The notes under the pieces were generated by a model. That model did no database searches, had not been told where the DNA came from, and saw only the letters and a list, made by a program, of their open reading frames with translations. A stretch of DNA of 64,000 bases from assembly GCA_036785375.1 (NCBI GenBank), contig JAWMAR010000058.1, positions 7,440,001 to 7,504,000 on the forward strand, read 5' to 3'. The first letter of the stretch is position 1, and every line of letters starts with the position of its first letter. The translations under genes were made by a program, and so were the position numbers. The stretch comes from Leucoraja ocellata (lineage: Eukaryota). This document shows positions 30,801 to 43,200 of this stretch, one piece after another.

Positions 30801-33122
30801 GTGAAGAAGGGGAGTGGGAGGTGGAGAGGTTTGGGCATGATCTCTGGTCTGGGAGGCTCGACAGCTCAGGTGAGTGGGCAATGAACGCAGCAATTAAAAC
30901 TGGAGTTAGAAGGCAGATATTCTCGGGCGTCATGTGCCTGTCATTGCTTCAAAACACGATAGCCCACCCCCCCAGTTGAAACAAAGGAGTGGAATCAGCA
31001 CTCACCGAGGCAGGTTGTCCTTGTCCAGATCGTACGCACCCAGGTAGCTCCTCCGATTGATGACCCCATCCAGTGCATTGAAGCGTGGAACATGTTTCAG
31101 TCGCCTGCTGTCCCTGTGCCACAAACAATACGGTAGTTTGATTTTAATTCTATGCGTTGTGAAATTAACATCAATCATCTGACAACTCCATAAGCATTGT
31201 GGTGCAACTCAGAATGAAGGGTGCCACACAAATTTGGCCACACATAATTGTAGGACTTGGGTTAGGTATTTGGCTCTTCAAGCCTGCTCTGCCATTCAAT
31301 CTACCACCTCAGCAGTACTTTCCAATGCTAACCACAAATCCCTCTGAACACCAACACATTTCAATCTCTCACCATTAAAAAAAACACTTTAATAGAAGAT
31401 AGACACAAAGTGCTGGAGTAACCCAGCGGGACAGGCAACATCTCTGGATAGAAGGAATGGGTGTCATGTCAGGTAGACCCTTCTTCAGACTTGTTAAAAC
31501 ATTTTTTTTTAACTCTTAGCAGATTTATATTTATACTCCCATATCACTGCTTATTTCTTATCAATACTTTTGCCTTCCTTTGCAGAATTCTGAAGTTTTA
31601 CAAATCCTCAGGTATACTGTTTTTTTTGGCACCATTGATTTGATCTAATTCCATCCATAACTTGCAATGACAACCATAGCTAGACTTATTTTCCTGTTGT
31701 CCTTTTTGGCTTCAAGAGGGGGCCTTGTAACTCCATGCATTTATTACTTAAAAGTTAGTAATGAGTGGTTTGCTGTCACGCCTTTTATGGTAGATTCCCG
31801 CTTTACCCGAAACGTCACCAATTCCTTTTCTCCAGAGATGCTGCCTGTCCCGCTGAGTTACTCCAGCTGCTTGTGTCTATCTTCGGTTTAAACCAGCATC
31901 TGCAGTTCCTTCCAACACAAAACTAATCTCGTTCCTTTGTAATTTGCTTTATTCAGACTCAAGACCATGGTCTCAAGCATGAACTAAATCATTTTCAATT
32001 TATAAGTAAAATTGTTATAATTTCATTACGATTACAGTTCCTTAAGTCTCCTGAACGAATATATCAGCAATAAACCCTTTTTCATTAAATAATATCAGAT
32101 CCAACATACCATGTAAACTAAAGTAACTCATCAGCATCCAGAACAAGAAAACCATCTCAGACACTCCATTAATTCATCATCCATGCAATTACGCTTGCCC
32201 AACCTATATATAGACTATAGTCCCCCCTGATTATTATATAACCTTGTTATATGCAGCTAAGATTTCCTGATTTATACTGTGTCATTCATTACCACTGGTG
32301 TTTAGGGACTGTGGACAATTCTCATTAATATGTCCTGCGTTTTGCTGTTCCTCAGCGAAACCTAAACTGATTCTAAGACTTAGTTCTCCACCCTATCTAT
32401 TTGTTTCTCCACATGCCATTTATTTACCCATCTTATTACTAATTCTGCACAAAGCAACCTGTACTACGCTCTCTGATCACACCTTACTAATCAAGGAGAA
32501 CTGTGCCTCCCAATTATGCCAAGCCTTGGAGAGTGAAAACCATGAGGGCTTCACTTCAAAGTACACATACCTCCATATTCCTAATGCCCACCACACCCGC
32601 CATTTCCTATCTTATCCCATTTTCCATTTCCTAATCTCTCTCCTTGACAATCCTGCCTTCTCTTCATCCTCTGTCACTCTTTCCCCGCATCCTAATTATT
32701 TTCCTATCCAGTTCAATTATTCTCCCGCCTTCAATCCCCATCGCGATTTCCTCTCAAAAAACCTGTTCCTTCTCTTTGATCTTTTTCTAATATCCCCCCC
32801 CCTTCACATTTACTCTGCTATTCCTGCCTCTCTGTCTTCCAAATTCCCTCCCCAACCCATGAAACATTACCTAAAGTCAGGATCAGCCCATTCTGGCCCA
32901 GCCTTGACAATCTCTGCCGTGTAGTCCACCGGATCATATTCTGCCCACTCTCTGCTCCACCTGACTTTATCATTGTGGACAGGGAACCGCTTGACCTGTG
33001 ACCCTGGGTAGGGCGAGCTTCGTGCCTTGATGTGAATCATCGGTGTCCCTGTATCGCAAAGCATGATGGGACACACAGGGTAACGTTCAGGTGGACACCA
33101 ACTGGACTGGAGGAGACTGGTG
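24736..33122 (-). CDS. NUDT9: NUDT9-like ADP-ribose pyrophosphatase; 7 coding exons found (first exon not located); 1-bp frameshift in the Nudix-box exon
   Basis: Spliced exons give [12 protein letters not shown]...WADPD...RNPMGRTG...[19 protein letters not shown]...WAIPGGMVDAGE...KREFG(EE)...[15 protein letters not shown]...AGDDAG...LYASH...DAHW*. Intron positions and phases match recalled human NUDT9. Confidence 0.9.
25157..25241 (-). CDS. NUDT9: NUDT9-like exon (exon 7 equivalent)
   Basis: 85 bp; [29 protein letters not shown]. Confidence 0.94.
25555..25850 (-). mobile_element. HE1-like V-SINE (degenerate)
   Basis: Reverse-complement similarity to other copies (CTTTGGGACGTGGGAGGAAACC; CAAACTCCACACAGACAGCACCC). 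Confidence 0.62.
26092..26240 (-). CDS. NUDT9: NUDT9-like Nudix-box exon (exon 6 equivalent), frameshifted as assembled
   Basis: 149 bp between phase-0 introns. [18 protein letters not shown] is followed by a missing base; restoring one G gives [32 protein letters not shown]. Confidence 0.88.
26860..27525 (-). mobile_element. Penelope-like retroelement 3' remnant
   Basis: Minus strand [34 protein letters not shown] followed by a pseudo-LTR with a degenerate hammerhead core. Confidence 0.68.
27548..27656 (-). CDS. NUDT9: NUDT9-like exon (exon 5 equivalent)
   Basis: 109 bp; [36 protein letters not shown]. Confidence 0.93.
27840..27926 (-). CDS. NUDT9: NUDT9-like exon (exon 4 equivalent)
   Basis: 87 bp; [29 protein letters not shown]. 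Confidence 0.93.
28232..28525 (-). mobile_element. HE1-like V-SINE
   Basis: TTTAGTTTAG tail, CTTTGGAGTGTGCGAGGAAACCGGAG core. Confidence 0.75.
31006..31113 (-). CDS. NUDT9: NUDT9-like exon (exon 3 equivalent)
   Basis: 108 bp, cag|G...CG|gtgag; [36 protein letters not shown]. Confidence 0.88.
32871..33122 (-). CDS. NUDT9: NUDT9-like exon (human exon 2 equivalent)
   Basis: tttcag|C...TTTAG|gtaatg; ...[56 protein letters not shown]. The 5' boundary is less certain. Confidence 0.85.
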
Positions 33123-33199
33123 CTGAAATAGACAACATTACCATTAGGATTCCAACCATTCACACCCAATTCTCTTCATTGTTTATATACATATTACAC

Positions 33200-33545
33200 A
33201 TTATGAGGATGTTGCCAGCACTCGAGGGCCTGAGCTACAGGGAAAGGTTGGGCATGAAGGGAATAAACAGGGTAAATGCCCCTAGGGGAGGGGAATTAAA
33301 AACCAGAGGACATAGGTTTAAGGTGAGAGGGGAGGTTTTTCCACACTGAGGAAGGATGCGCTACCAGAGAAGGTAGTTGAAGCAGGTACTATAATAGCAT
33401 TTGACAGACACTTGGACAGGTACATTGAAATGGAAAGATTGAGGGATATGAACCAAACCTGGGCAAATGGAATTAATTTAAGTGGGACATCGGTCGGCAT
33501 GGACGAGCTGGGTGAAATGACCAATTTCTGAGCTATATGTCTATT
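33200..33545 (+). mobile_element. CR1-like LINE 3' fragment
   Basis: RMLPALEGLSYRERLG...KTRGHRFKVRGE. Confidence 0.7.
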
Positions 33546-33644
33546 TCATAAACTATGGTACTGGCTGTGACATGTTTTAGGAACAATCTGGATTAGGAAA
33601 ATCACAACATAAATGTAAATCTGTGCCTTAATATTTTACACCTT

Positions 33645-33927
33645 TTAGTATTTAGAGATACAGTGCGGAAACAGGACCTTCAGCCCATCGAGTCCATGCT
33701 GACCAGCGATCACCCCATACACGAGCACCATCCTACACACTAAGGACAATTTACAATTTTACCAAAGTCAATTAACCTACAAATCTGCATGTCTTTGGGG
33801 TGTGGGAGGAAACCGGAGAAAATCCACGCGGTCATAGGGAGAATGTACAAACTCTGTACAGACAGCAACCGTAGTCAGGATTGAACCTGGGTCTCTGGTG
33901 CTCTACCGCTATGCCACTGTGCCACCC
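33645..33927 (-). mobile_element. HE1-like V-SINE
   Basis: Same family as 28232-28525. Confidence 0.75.
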
Positions 33928-34689
33928 TTACATTCCAGGGGCTTTTAGTCTGTTAAATTCTCCACATATTCCCAGCATTACTTTTATCACTCATGCACCC
34001 CTAGTTGCAACCTTCAATACTGCACATGTTCTTGTCTTTCTCTCCGACTGCTCAATATTCACACTACGTTTCTTACAACTGACATTTCCTCTGATTACTT
34101 GCCTATTTTAATCGCCTGTCTACTGCTCCACCCTGATCTTCATGGACCGAGAGGCTGCCAGCAATTGATCTCCGTAGCTGCTCTTCGTGTCCAAAAGCTA
34201 TACTGCATCACAGCAGCCTGTCCTTTGTAATTTTATTATAATGATCTCGTGTTAACTGGTGGACGTGACTAATCCCTGCATGACATTGCTCCTGTTGTCA
34301 GCGGCTTTTCAAGTTAAGAAGTGAAACCAATCAGAAGAAGCAAAAGCAGAACAGAAGGAGAGAAAAATGAATCCACTTCCTCCAACCTAAAAGTAGAAAA
34401 TAATTTAGAGACGTTGTGGCTGTTTAGCAATTTGATCCTTTATAAAGTAAACCACCCAGTTCTATCTTGAAGTGCCAGGTGATACAAGCTGTAATCAAAT
34501 AGCAGCCTGTAATTTAGCTGGCATCTCAGCAATAGTGTAAATCACGGCTGTTAGGCCATGGAAAGTAACACCGTCAGTCACACCAAGTTAGTATCACCCT
34601 CAGCTCAGAACTAATACTTCATGGCTTCCAATCCTCTAACATTGTATGTGCCAAACCAAGAGATGATGCTAAACTGAGATCCTATCTGC

Positions 34690-34930
34690 GTGCTGGGTTA
34701 AATGTGGCAAAGCTAATCCCTTATTGCCGTTGAAGAGCAGCAGGAGAGTTCACCATGCTTAATATTCATCCCCTGACCAAAGTCACTACCACAGATGATC
34801 TGGTTTTGTCACATTGCTCATTGCAAGAAAATTAGATATTCTGTTCTTTGCATCACCAGAGCAATTACACTTCAAACACACTGCATTAGTTGGTTGGAAA
34901 GGAAAGTGAAAGAAGTTTCATAAATTCACA
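34690..34930 (+). mobile_element. Deu-SINE-like (SacSINE1/AmnSINE1-related) relic
   Basis: GAAGAGCAGCAGGAGAGTTC...AATATTCATCCCC...CAGATGATCTGG...CACATTGCT resembles the recalled Deu-domain; similar relics near 5775-5970, 14570-14770 and 55425-55890. Confidence 0.55.
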
Positions 34931-37834
34931 ATTTGTCTTTAACAAACCAAGTTCCTGCCTGGACTTGACGTATTTTGCTGCACGGGGTAGTCACAGGGGT
35001 AAAACATGTTGATTTGATTATCCAGTGATCTTATTGTCTCACCCCAGCACTTGCATAAAGACAAGAGCACGAGTAGGCCAGCTCCAGCATTCAGTAAGAT
35101 CATAGACAAAAAGTGCTGCAGTAACTCAGCAGGTCAGACAGCATCTCTGGATCATTAATTGGCCTCTGCAAATTGCCCCTAGTGTGTAGGGAGCGGATGA
35201 GAAAGTGGGATAACAGAATTAGTGTGAATGGGTAATCAATTGTTGGTGTGGACTCGGTGGGCCAAAGGGCATGTTCCTAAGTTGTACCTCAGCGCCACTT
35301 CATGCAGAAACTCATGCTGCCATTTCTTCAATATCTAAAAATGTATTGAGCTCCCTGGAATATACTTGGCAACACGGCCTCCACAGCTTTCTTGGGTAGA
35401 AAATTCCAAAGGTTCACCGTCTCCACATAAAGACATTTCTCTTCATCTCAATCATGGCAGGTAACCCCTCATTTTGAGTCAGTGACCTTGGTGCCAGACA
35501 CATGAGAAGGGTATTTCAGAGAAAGATATTTGCTGTTGTGCTCAAAATGTATCATATTATTTGACCAACATACCATTTCTATTCTTCAGAACAGAAATCC
35601 CTTTCACTCTCTTCCACATTTTAAAAAGGTTACATTACATTTTTCCCCTCAGTATGGGTAATACACACACACACCCCATTTAGCAAGTCCTTGTACAATA
35701 TTTTAACCCATCTATATATGCCTTAATCTTCACTGTGTTTTCCTTGAGGCTCATACTGCCATTTGGCTTTGAATAATGGGGAAACTTGGATACTGCACCT
35801 GGTAAACTCTTTGAAGTCAATGATATAGTTTGTGATGAGCCTGGTCCCAGCACCGATCCCAGTTTGACCGGTTAGGGCGAGGCCTTTTAGCTCAACTCGC
35901 TGATGCTAACCAAGTTGCCTAGCCAAGCTAGTCCCAAATGCCTATGCCTTGCCCGGCCCATTTCACTCCAAACCTTTCCAGTCAATGTACTTTTCTACGA
36001 AATGCCTATTGAATGTTATAATTATACCCATCTCTATCACTTGTACTCCCAGCCCATTCCATGTACACTACTTTTTTGCAGACTGAAAATCAACTCTCTA
36101 CCACCACCTTCTGTCTCCTAACTAAAAACTATATACAATTAGATTGCTCACCCTGCATTTCATATGATCTAATCTTCCGAACTAGGTGGTACCTTATCAA
36201 AGGCCTCGCTGAAGTCAATGCAGACAGCATCTACCATACTGCTTTCATCAATCCTCTTCAAAAAACACAATCAATGCCAGTATGTTAGCTTCAGTGCACG
36301 TGGTATAATCTTTTTTTAAAATCCATATCTGGTACCATATTAAAGGTCTTCTGAAAGTCAAAATACACCAGTATCAATTGGTTTTCCCTATCTGTCATGT
36401 TAGAAATTTGAGTCAAGGATCAAGGGTTTTATTGTTTTATCCCAGAAAGAAAACTGAAATTCTTACTTGCAGCGACACAACAGAATATGTAAACATTGTA
36501 CACTGTAAACTATATAATAAAGTTCAGTGTGTGTTTATATATACACATACCCACATACATATATATTACTATATACATATGTTTTTTTTTTATTTTGATT
36601 TTGATGAAAATGTAATTTTTGATGTTCCAACTGATTATTTGGAATAATGTTAATTTCTTTCAGCTAGACGTAAGACCTGTAAATCCTTCATTATTTTAAG
36701 AAGGTTACTACCTTTTTATCCATGTAGACAAGCACAATATTTAATTTTGCCATTATTTCCTTATTCCTCAAAATATTTCCTCCCGAGTTCAAGTGACTGA
36801 CATGAATTTTTACTGATCTTTCCCATATCTATAGAAACTGTTTCTATTGCGTTCCTTATCAAGATTGTAGCTCTCCTCAGCAAATCCTGATGCTGATTTA
36901 ATTTTTGCTGGAAAACTTAGAAGCCTTTTCCTTTGATCAAACACTCACCACTTTAACTTTCCTTGAAAGCTGATGATGGGTGACTTTCATTGTTTGCCTT
37001 AAAATGGATATATGCTGTTAACTATATAATAATTTATAATGTTAATAATTTGTGGTTTACTTTTAAATGTCATCCCTATCTACCATAGCCAGGTCATATC
37101 TCTGCTCTGCATACTTTAATTCAAATTTAATATCCTACTTTCAGACTGAATTAACTCATTTCAATCTTTACATAAATAATTCTCATAATTGTGATTGTAC
37201 CTGTGTTTTATCCAAAGGAAGCATAGGATGGTAGGGTAGAGCATACACAACCACATTGTCTGATCCATGGTATTTATTTGCGATTGCTACAAACACACAC
37301 ATTCACCGCTACAGCACAATATTCCACACTGTTCCCGTTTAGCTCCTCTCATTTACAGTCTCTATCTCCTGTCCACAGTTTAATGCACACTCAAAGGCTT
37401 AGTGCCCAGTCCTTCCCCACTGTTCACTGTCAGGAAAGTGCCTAGCGCTGCCGCCCCTGCTCATACTCGTCCCTCACTCTTCTGCTCACACTCTGGCCTC
37501 ACTCCCCTGCTCACACTTGGCCCTCGCCGCCACCGCTCGCACTCAGCCCTCACTGACCCCGCTCACACTAGGCCCTTGCTACCCCTCTTCACACTTGACC
37601 CTGGCTGCCTCCAACTCACACTCAACCCTAGCTGTCACTTTCACACATTCGGCCCTCTCAGCCCCCTGTTCATGCTTAGCTCTTGCTGCCCTCCGCTCAC
37701 ACACTCAGTCCTCACCACCCATCTAAACAAACCCCACAGTCCTTTCACTAACTGGATAGCACACAACAAAAAGCTCTTCACTGTACCTAGGTACAGTAAT
37801 AATAATAATAAACTAAACGAACGTGAACCACAAC

Positions 37835-38970
37835 TCCCTGTCACATCAGGATCTCCTTATCACACCAGATCTCCTCACACCCAGAGCTCCCTGTCACACT
37901 CGATGCTCTCTGTCACAATAGGAGCTCCCGGTCACACTCGATGCTCCCTGTCACACTTGATGCTCTCTGTCACACTAGGAGCTCCCTGTCACACTAGGTG
38001 CTCCCTGTCACACTAGGAGCTCCCTGTCACACTCGACACTCCGTCACATTCGACACTCCCTGTCACATTTGATGCTCCCTGTCACACTAGGAGCTCCCTG
38101 TCACACTCGATGCTCCCTGTCACACTCGATGCTCCCTGACACACTCGATGCTTCCTGACACACTCGATGCTCCCTGTCACACTCGATGCTCCCTGTCACA
38201 CTCGATGCTCCCTGTCACACTTGATGCTCCCTGTCACACTCGATGCTCCCTGTCACACTCGATGCTCCCTGTCACACTCGATGCTCCCTGTCACACTTGA
38301 TGCTCCCTGTCACACTCGATGCTCCCTGTCACACTCGATGCTCCCTGTCACACTCGATGCTCCCTGTCACACTTGATGCTCCCTGTCACACTCGATGCTC
38401 CCTGACACACTCGATGCTCTCTGTCACACTCGATGCTCCCTGACACACTCGATGCTCCCTGTCACACTCAATGCTCTCTGTCACACTCGATGCTCCCTGA
38501 CACACTCGATGCTCCCTGTCACACTCGATGCTCCCTGTCACACTCGATGCTCCCTGCCACACTCGATGCTCTCACACTCGATGCTCCCTGACACACTCGA
38601 TGCTCCCTGTCACACTCGATGCTCTCTGTCACACTCGATGCTCCCTGTCACACTCGATGCTCTCTGTCACACTCGATGGTCTGTCACACTCGATGCTCCC
38701 TGCCACACTCGATGCTCTGTCACACTCGATGCTCCCTGACACACTCGATGCTCCCTGTCACACTCGATGCTCTCTGTCACACTCAATGCTCTCTGTCACA
38801 CTCGATGCTCCCTGACACACTCGATGCTCCCTGTCACACTCGATGCTCTCTGTCACACTCGATGCTCCCTGTCACACTCGATGCTCTCTGTCACACTCGA
38901 TGCTCCCTGTCACACTCGATGCTCTCTGTCACACTCGATGCTCTCTGTCACACTCGATGCTCTGTGTCAC
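37835..38970. repeat. 19-bp minisatellite (CCCTGTCACACTCGATGCT)n, roughly 55-60 copies
   Basis: Head-to-tail units with no spacers. Left-end copies are degenerate; central and right copies are near-identical with a few recurrent variants. Confidence 0.97.
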
Positions 38971-39300
38971 CCACCGTCCGCCTCTTCCTTGAACAGTGAC
39001 GTCAGCGACGCCCCACGCTACAGGGGAATGGACCAATCAGGACGCGGAGATGCGGTTCCTCGGTACGCGGCCAACGTGCTCCGGACGGGGAGACGGGTCT
39101 GGGGGAAGGGTTTCAGCGCCGGACCGCTGTGTGATCTGGAGCCGGGGGAAGGGTTTCAGCGCCGGACTGCTGAGGTGACCGGGAGCCGGCGGTCTCCGTG
39201 GAAACGGCCTTGTTCTCATCGGGTCCAGATAAGGGGCAGCGTGTCCGCGCCGCCCTACTCGTCCTGCCTCGCAGCTGGTGAAGCTCCTCCTGTAACCTGG
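38970..39300. promoter_or_regulatory. CpG-rich putative bidirectional promoter of INTS1 (+) and NUDT9-like (-)
   Basis: Non-repeat CpG-dense stretch between the divergent genes. Palindromic CRE TGACGTCA at 38997-39004; NF-Y-type GACCAATCAG at 39031-39040. Confidence 0.7.
39101..39187. repeat. Two tandem ~43-bp copies within the CpG island
   Basis: GGGGGAAGGGTTTCAGCGCCGGAC...GGAGCC starting at 39101 and 39144. Confidence 0.85.
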
Positions 39301-40188
39301 GTCAGGTCATAAGTGATACGAGCAGAATTAAACCATTCGGCCCATCGAGTCTACTCCGCCATTGGCTGATCTAACTCTCCCCCTAACCCCATTCTCCTGC
39401 CCTCACCCCATAACCTCTGAAACCCGTACTAATCAAGAACAATCCGTACATCAGGATGCAGGGGAAGCGATCCCGGGACTCCGTGGGGTGATAACGACCA
39501 CATCCTCTGTCCCCCCCAGTGAAAACAAATTGTTTTGGGTGTGATTGTTAAAAATGTACTTAATTTTATTTTAAATACACGTTTAACAAATGTATTTATT
39601 TAACAGTGAATATTATTTAGTAGGTAAAAAGTACTATATTTAACAAATAATATATTTGAGACATAGGAGTTGTTGGGATCTGCAGTAAAACAACGAGGAA
39701 CACAGTGGGTCAAGCACAATCTGTTTCGGGTTGAGACCCTGCACCACTACTTAGAGTGTAAATGGGAGATAGCTAATATAAAGAGGTAAGAGGCGGGAGG
39801 GGGGTGATCCATGAGTTATAGATTAATCCAGGTGAGGAGGGGTTGATGGGCAGATAGAGACACGTTAGGGAAGGAAGGCTGGAGAAGGTGTCAAGGTGGA
39901 AGGTGAGAGGTGGAAACAATAAAAAGTTACAGATTATGATACTTTTTGATTGTCATTTAAATTTGTTTTCTGACAAGGCTTTACATTTTGAGGGATCCAC
40001 ATCTAACATTGACCATCTGTTAGTGATGTTAATCAACCGAAAAGCTAAGAGTTTATTTTTGATTTTCCAGTAATTCAGTATTTCTTTTGCTTACATTGTC
40101 TCTGTAACTTTGTATTTCATGCTGACAGACTTGGGCAACCCCTTCAATTCACAATAATAACGAAGGGCAAGGCACGTAATTAGTCGTG

Positions 40189-40243
40189 ATGAACCGACCA
40201 AAAGCTGTAGCAATTCGGCGGCCCAGCAGTGCCAAGCCCAGTG
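40189..40243 (+). CDS. INTS1: INTS1 start-codon exon (exon probably begins at 40129)
   Basis: ATG at 40189; MNRPKAVAIRRPSSAKPS G|gtaagt. Confidence 0.92.
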
Positions 40244-43200
40244 GTAAGTGAGACCTCCTTCACAAGGTGTAGCTTTGTTTTTCACCCAAAGTAAAATTCT
40301 CCAGCATAGTTATGTTGAGCTGTAAAGAGTGCACCATTATTTTGTGGTTTTACAAATATATGAATTATCAGCATGCCCCTGATTTGTAGATTGTATTCTT
40401 CTTCACTCTGTGATCTTTCCTGATGTTATCTTAGTTAATGAGATCATAGGAATTATAACATTAACTCAGTCTTCATACCCGCCCATAATAATCTTTCAGC
40501 TCGCATTGCTATCAGGTATAAACCTCTGCCATAAAAATATTCAATGCTTCGGCTTCACATTCACAAGGAGAGTTCAAAGACTCCTGACCTTAATGAGATA
40601 AATAATTTTGCCTCGTTTTTGTCTTAAGTGGGCGACCTCTTTACTTTTAACATGGTAATCATAATTCTGGATCCTCCAATGAAAGGAAATGTTCAGCTTA
40701 TCAAGACCCCTCAAAACTTAGAAGTTTTAACATCTAGTTCTGATATTGGCTATAGACATTCAATTTAGGTTCATGTTGTTCCTTCTTCCAAAGTATGAAG
40801 TGAGAGAGAAGATAGCATTTGCACTAACTTGAACCATGGGAATTTACACTTTAACAGTTTGTTTCAATTGGGGAACAATCAATCATTTAGAACATGGTTG
40901 ATCTTAACTCTTCAGTTTGCATATCCTCACCTGACGATGATCCCACTTTTGAAAGAGAATGCAGATGCAAAATTTTGATCAGTCCCAAGTCTTGAAAATA
41001 TAATATCGCAGGATATCTTGTTATCCTGTCATAGCGAAACCTGATTTTCACTACTCTGCACTCCATGGTCATTCATGATACCATTCACATAAAGCTAGTC
41101 TTAAGTGGTCAGCTTTCTTGTTATTATTATACTCTGCTATTATTGAATGTTACTATTACTGACACTTTGCATTCCTTTGATCAATCTTAATGTTTAGTTT
41201 TGTGTATCTTTTCAGGCCATCCTCCACCTGGAGACTTTATAGCGCTGGGCTCGAAGAGTCAGGCCTCTGACACCAAGGCGCCCGCAGCGCTCCTGAAGCC
41301 AACGCAGGCAGGACTGCAGTCTGATCGGAAACGAGAGGGAGCATCAGGATTAGCCTCAACCTCTGGCCTTTCAAAGCGTCCAAAGATCTCTTCCACTCCG
41401 CCACTGAGTGCACTGGGGCGCCTGGCAGAGGCTGCCGTTGCTGAGAAACGAGCTATATCTCCTTCAATTAAGGAACCTTCTGTGGTACCAATTGAAGGTA
41501 TGAGTTGCAGGATGTTGTCTTTTCAACTGTCCACCTCTGTCAACTTGACCTAATGCCTGGTGTTTTGCTTTGATCTGCTGTTGATCTGCTCTCTAATCTG
41601 CTGTTGGTTCTTCGGACATTTTCACCATTTAACTCAATCCTTCAAAATTAAACAGGATATAATTTTTCATGATCTCCAGATATTTGCCAGTACCTTTACA
41701 ACCTGTTTTGTCAAATTAGGTCACTGTTGTAATTAATGTTGGAAGCATGGCAGCCAATGAATACAATGAATAATTATCCAACAAATATGAAAATACACGT
41801 AGGACCTCGTCAGCTTACAAATACCTAACTTAAGTAGAGCTTGTGCATATAAACAAGCATTTGGGAGACCGGCGGGATGGATTTGCACACTGCTGTGGAG
41901 CTACAGGTGACTGTTTTTAACACCAGCTCAAATTATCCCACCTTGAACCCAAGCAGAATACATGCTAATTGACATGTTGATGTCCATTTTGTGAATCCTA
42001 CCTAAAGACACGCAGTCTAGGCTTGCAGCAATGTTTTCTTTAATACTATGGATAGCAATTGAAACCTCATCTGCAGTAAAATCTTTTAAACAAATATCAT
42101 TATTAGCTAGAGATAGGTTTGGGCTAATTTGTTAATATCAGCTTTATTATTGAGAATGGCAAAATAATATTTAGCAAGCTTCTCCAGACTATCTATTCCC
42201 TGGGACAACCCACCACTGTAGGCATCGCTGCACCCGATTCACAGGGAAAATGTGCAAACTTTTCACAGTGGGCATCAGAAATCAGAAGGTAACCCTTTCC
42301 CTGGATCTAGGAGGCAGCAGCTCCACTAGCTGCACAGCTGTACTGACCATGGTAGACATAGTCTTGGACGTGTAGCTGTGAAGTACTGTTCTATCACTCT
42401 GGCCAAAAGGTATTGTAACTTAATGGCACATTTACTGCAGAGGCCGATAAAAGCTTTGACTTTAATAGTGATAGTGAATATTGATAAAAGATGCTTAATT
42501 GTCGCCGTTCAGCAGGATATTTCTAGTTATAGATGATTTTTATGTTTTTTGTTTTACACAGTTCCCCCAGCAGCATTGCTGGACGAGATTGAGGCTGCAG
42601 AACAAGAAGGGAATGATGACTGCATTGAAGGGCTGCTTTGCGGAGCAGTGAAACAGATGAAGCTCAATCGGGTGAAGCCAGATACAATGCTCTTTCTCAG
42701 CCTGATGTATCTAGCCAAAATCAAACCCAACGTCTTTGCAACAGAGGGTGTTATTGAGGTGAGGTTTGGTATAGATTACATGGGAAGAAGGAAGGAATGG
42801 CTGCAAAGTAGGACCTCAACTGGAATATTGTGGACAATAATGGGCAGCTTGATTCAGGAAAGAAAGGCCTTAGAAAGGGTGCTGAGAATATCTACTTGAA
42901 TGTTACTGGGCATGGTTACTTCATTTATGATAAACAACCTTCAGGTTCAGCCTAACACTTCTGGTTTGTGTATTGTGAGCAAGGTGAAAGAGCTGCTCCT
43001 GCTTCATTATACAGGCCTTTACAGAAACGTTCAGTTTACTTCATACCTCTATCTTAGAAATTATCTACACAGCAGTTAAAAGAAGTTTGCAACTTTAAAT
43101 ATTTCTTACTCTTGAGTCATCCTGAAGGGCTTTATGGCCAGTTTTTTTGTTTTAAATGTTATTGTTAACTATTACCATGGATTATTTTACATGCATCTGA

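Noticed and set aside
32298-32924. 208-aa plus-strand ORF
   Set aside because: Pyrimidine-rich intronic sequence antisense to NUDT9-like; no recognisable domain.
24736-33122. TRPM2 C-terminal NUDT9-H domain
   Set aside because: No channel exons were found between it and the promoter ~6 kb upstream, and the REFG(EE) motif and exon structure match stand-alone NUDT9.
34955-35010. Candidate first coding exon of NUDT9-like (minus-strand ATG TTT TAC CCC...)
   Set aside because: No GT donor in the required phase 2 and no resemblance to a mitochondrial targeting peptide; the first exon remains unlocated.
37835-38970. Possible CRISPR array or repetitive protein (ORFs 38167-39312, MLPVTLDAPCHTRCSLSHS repeats)
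   Set aside because: Units are contiguous with no unique spacers, there are no cas genes and the context is eukaryotic. The ORFs arise because a 19-bp unit cycles through all frames.
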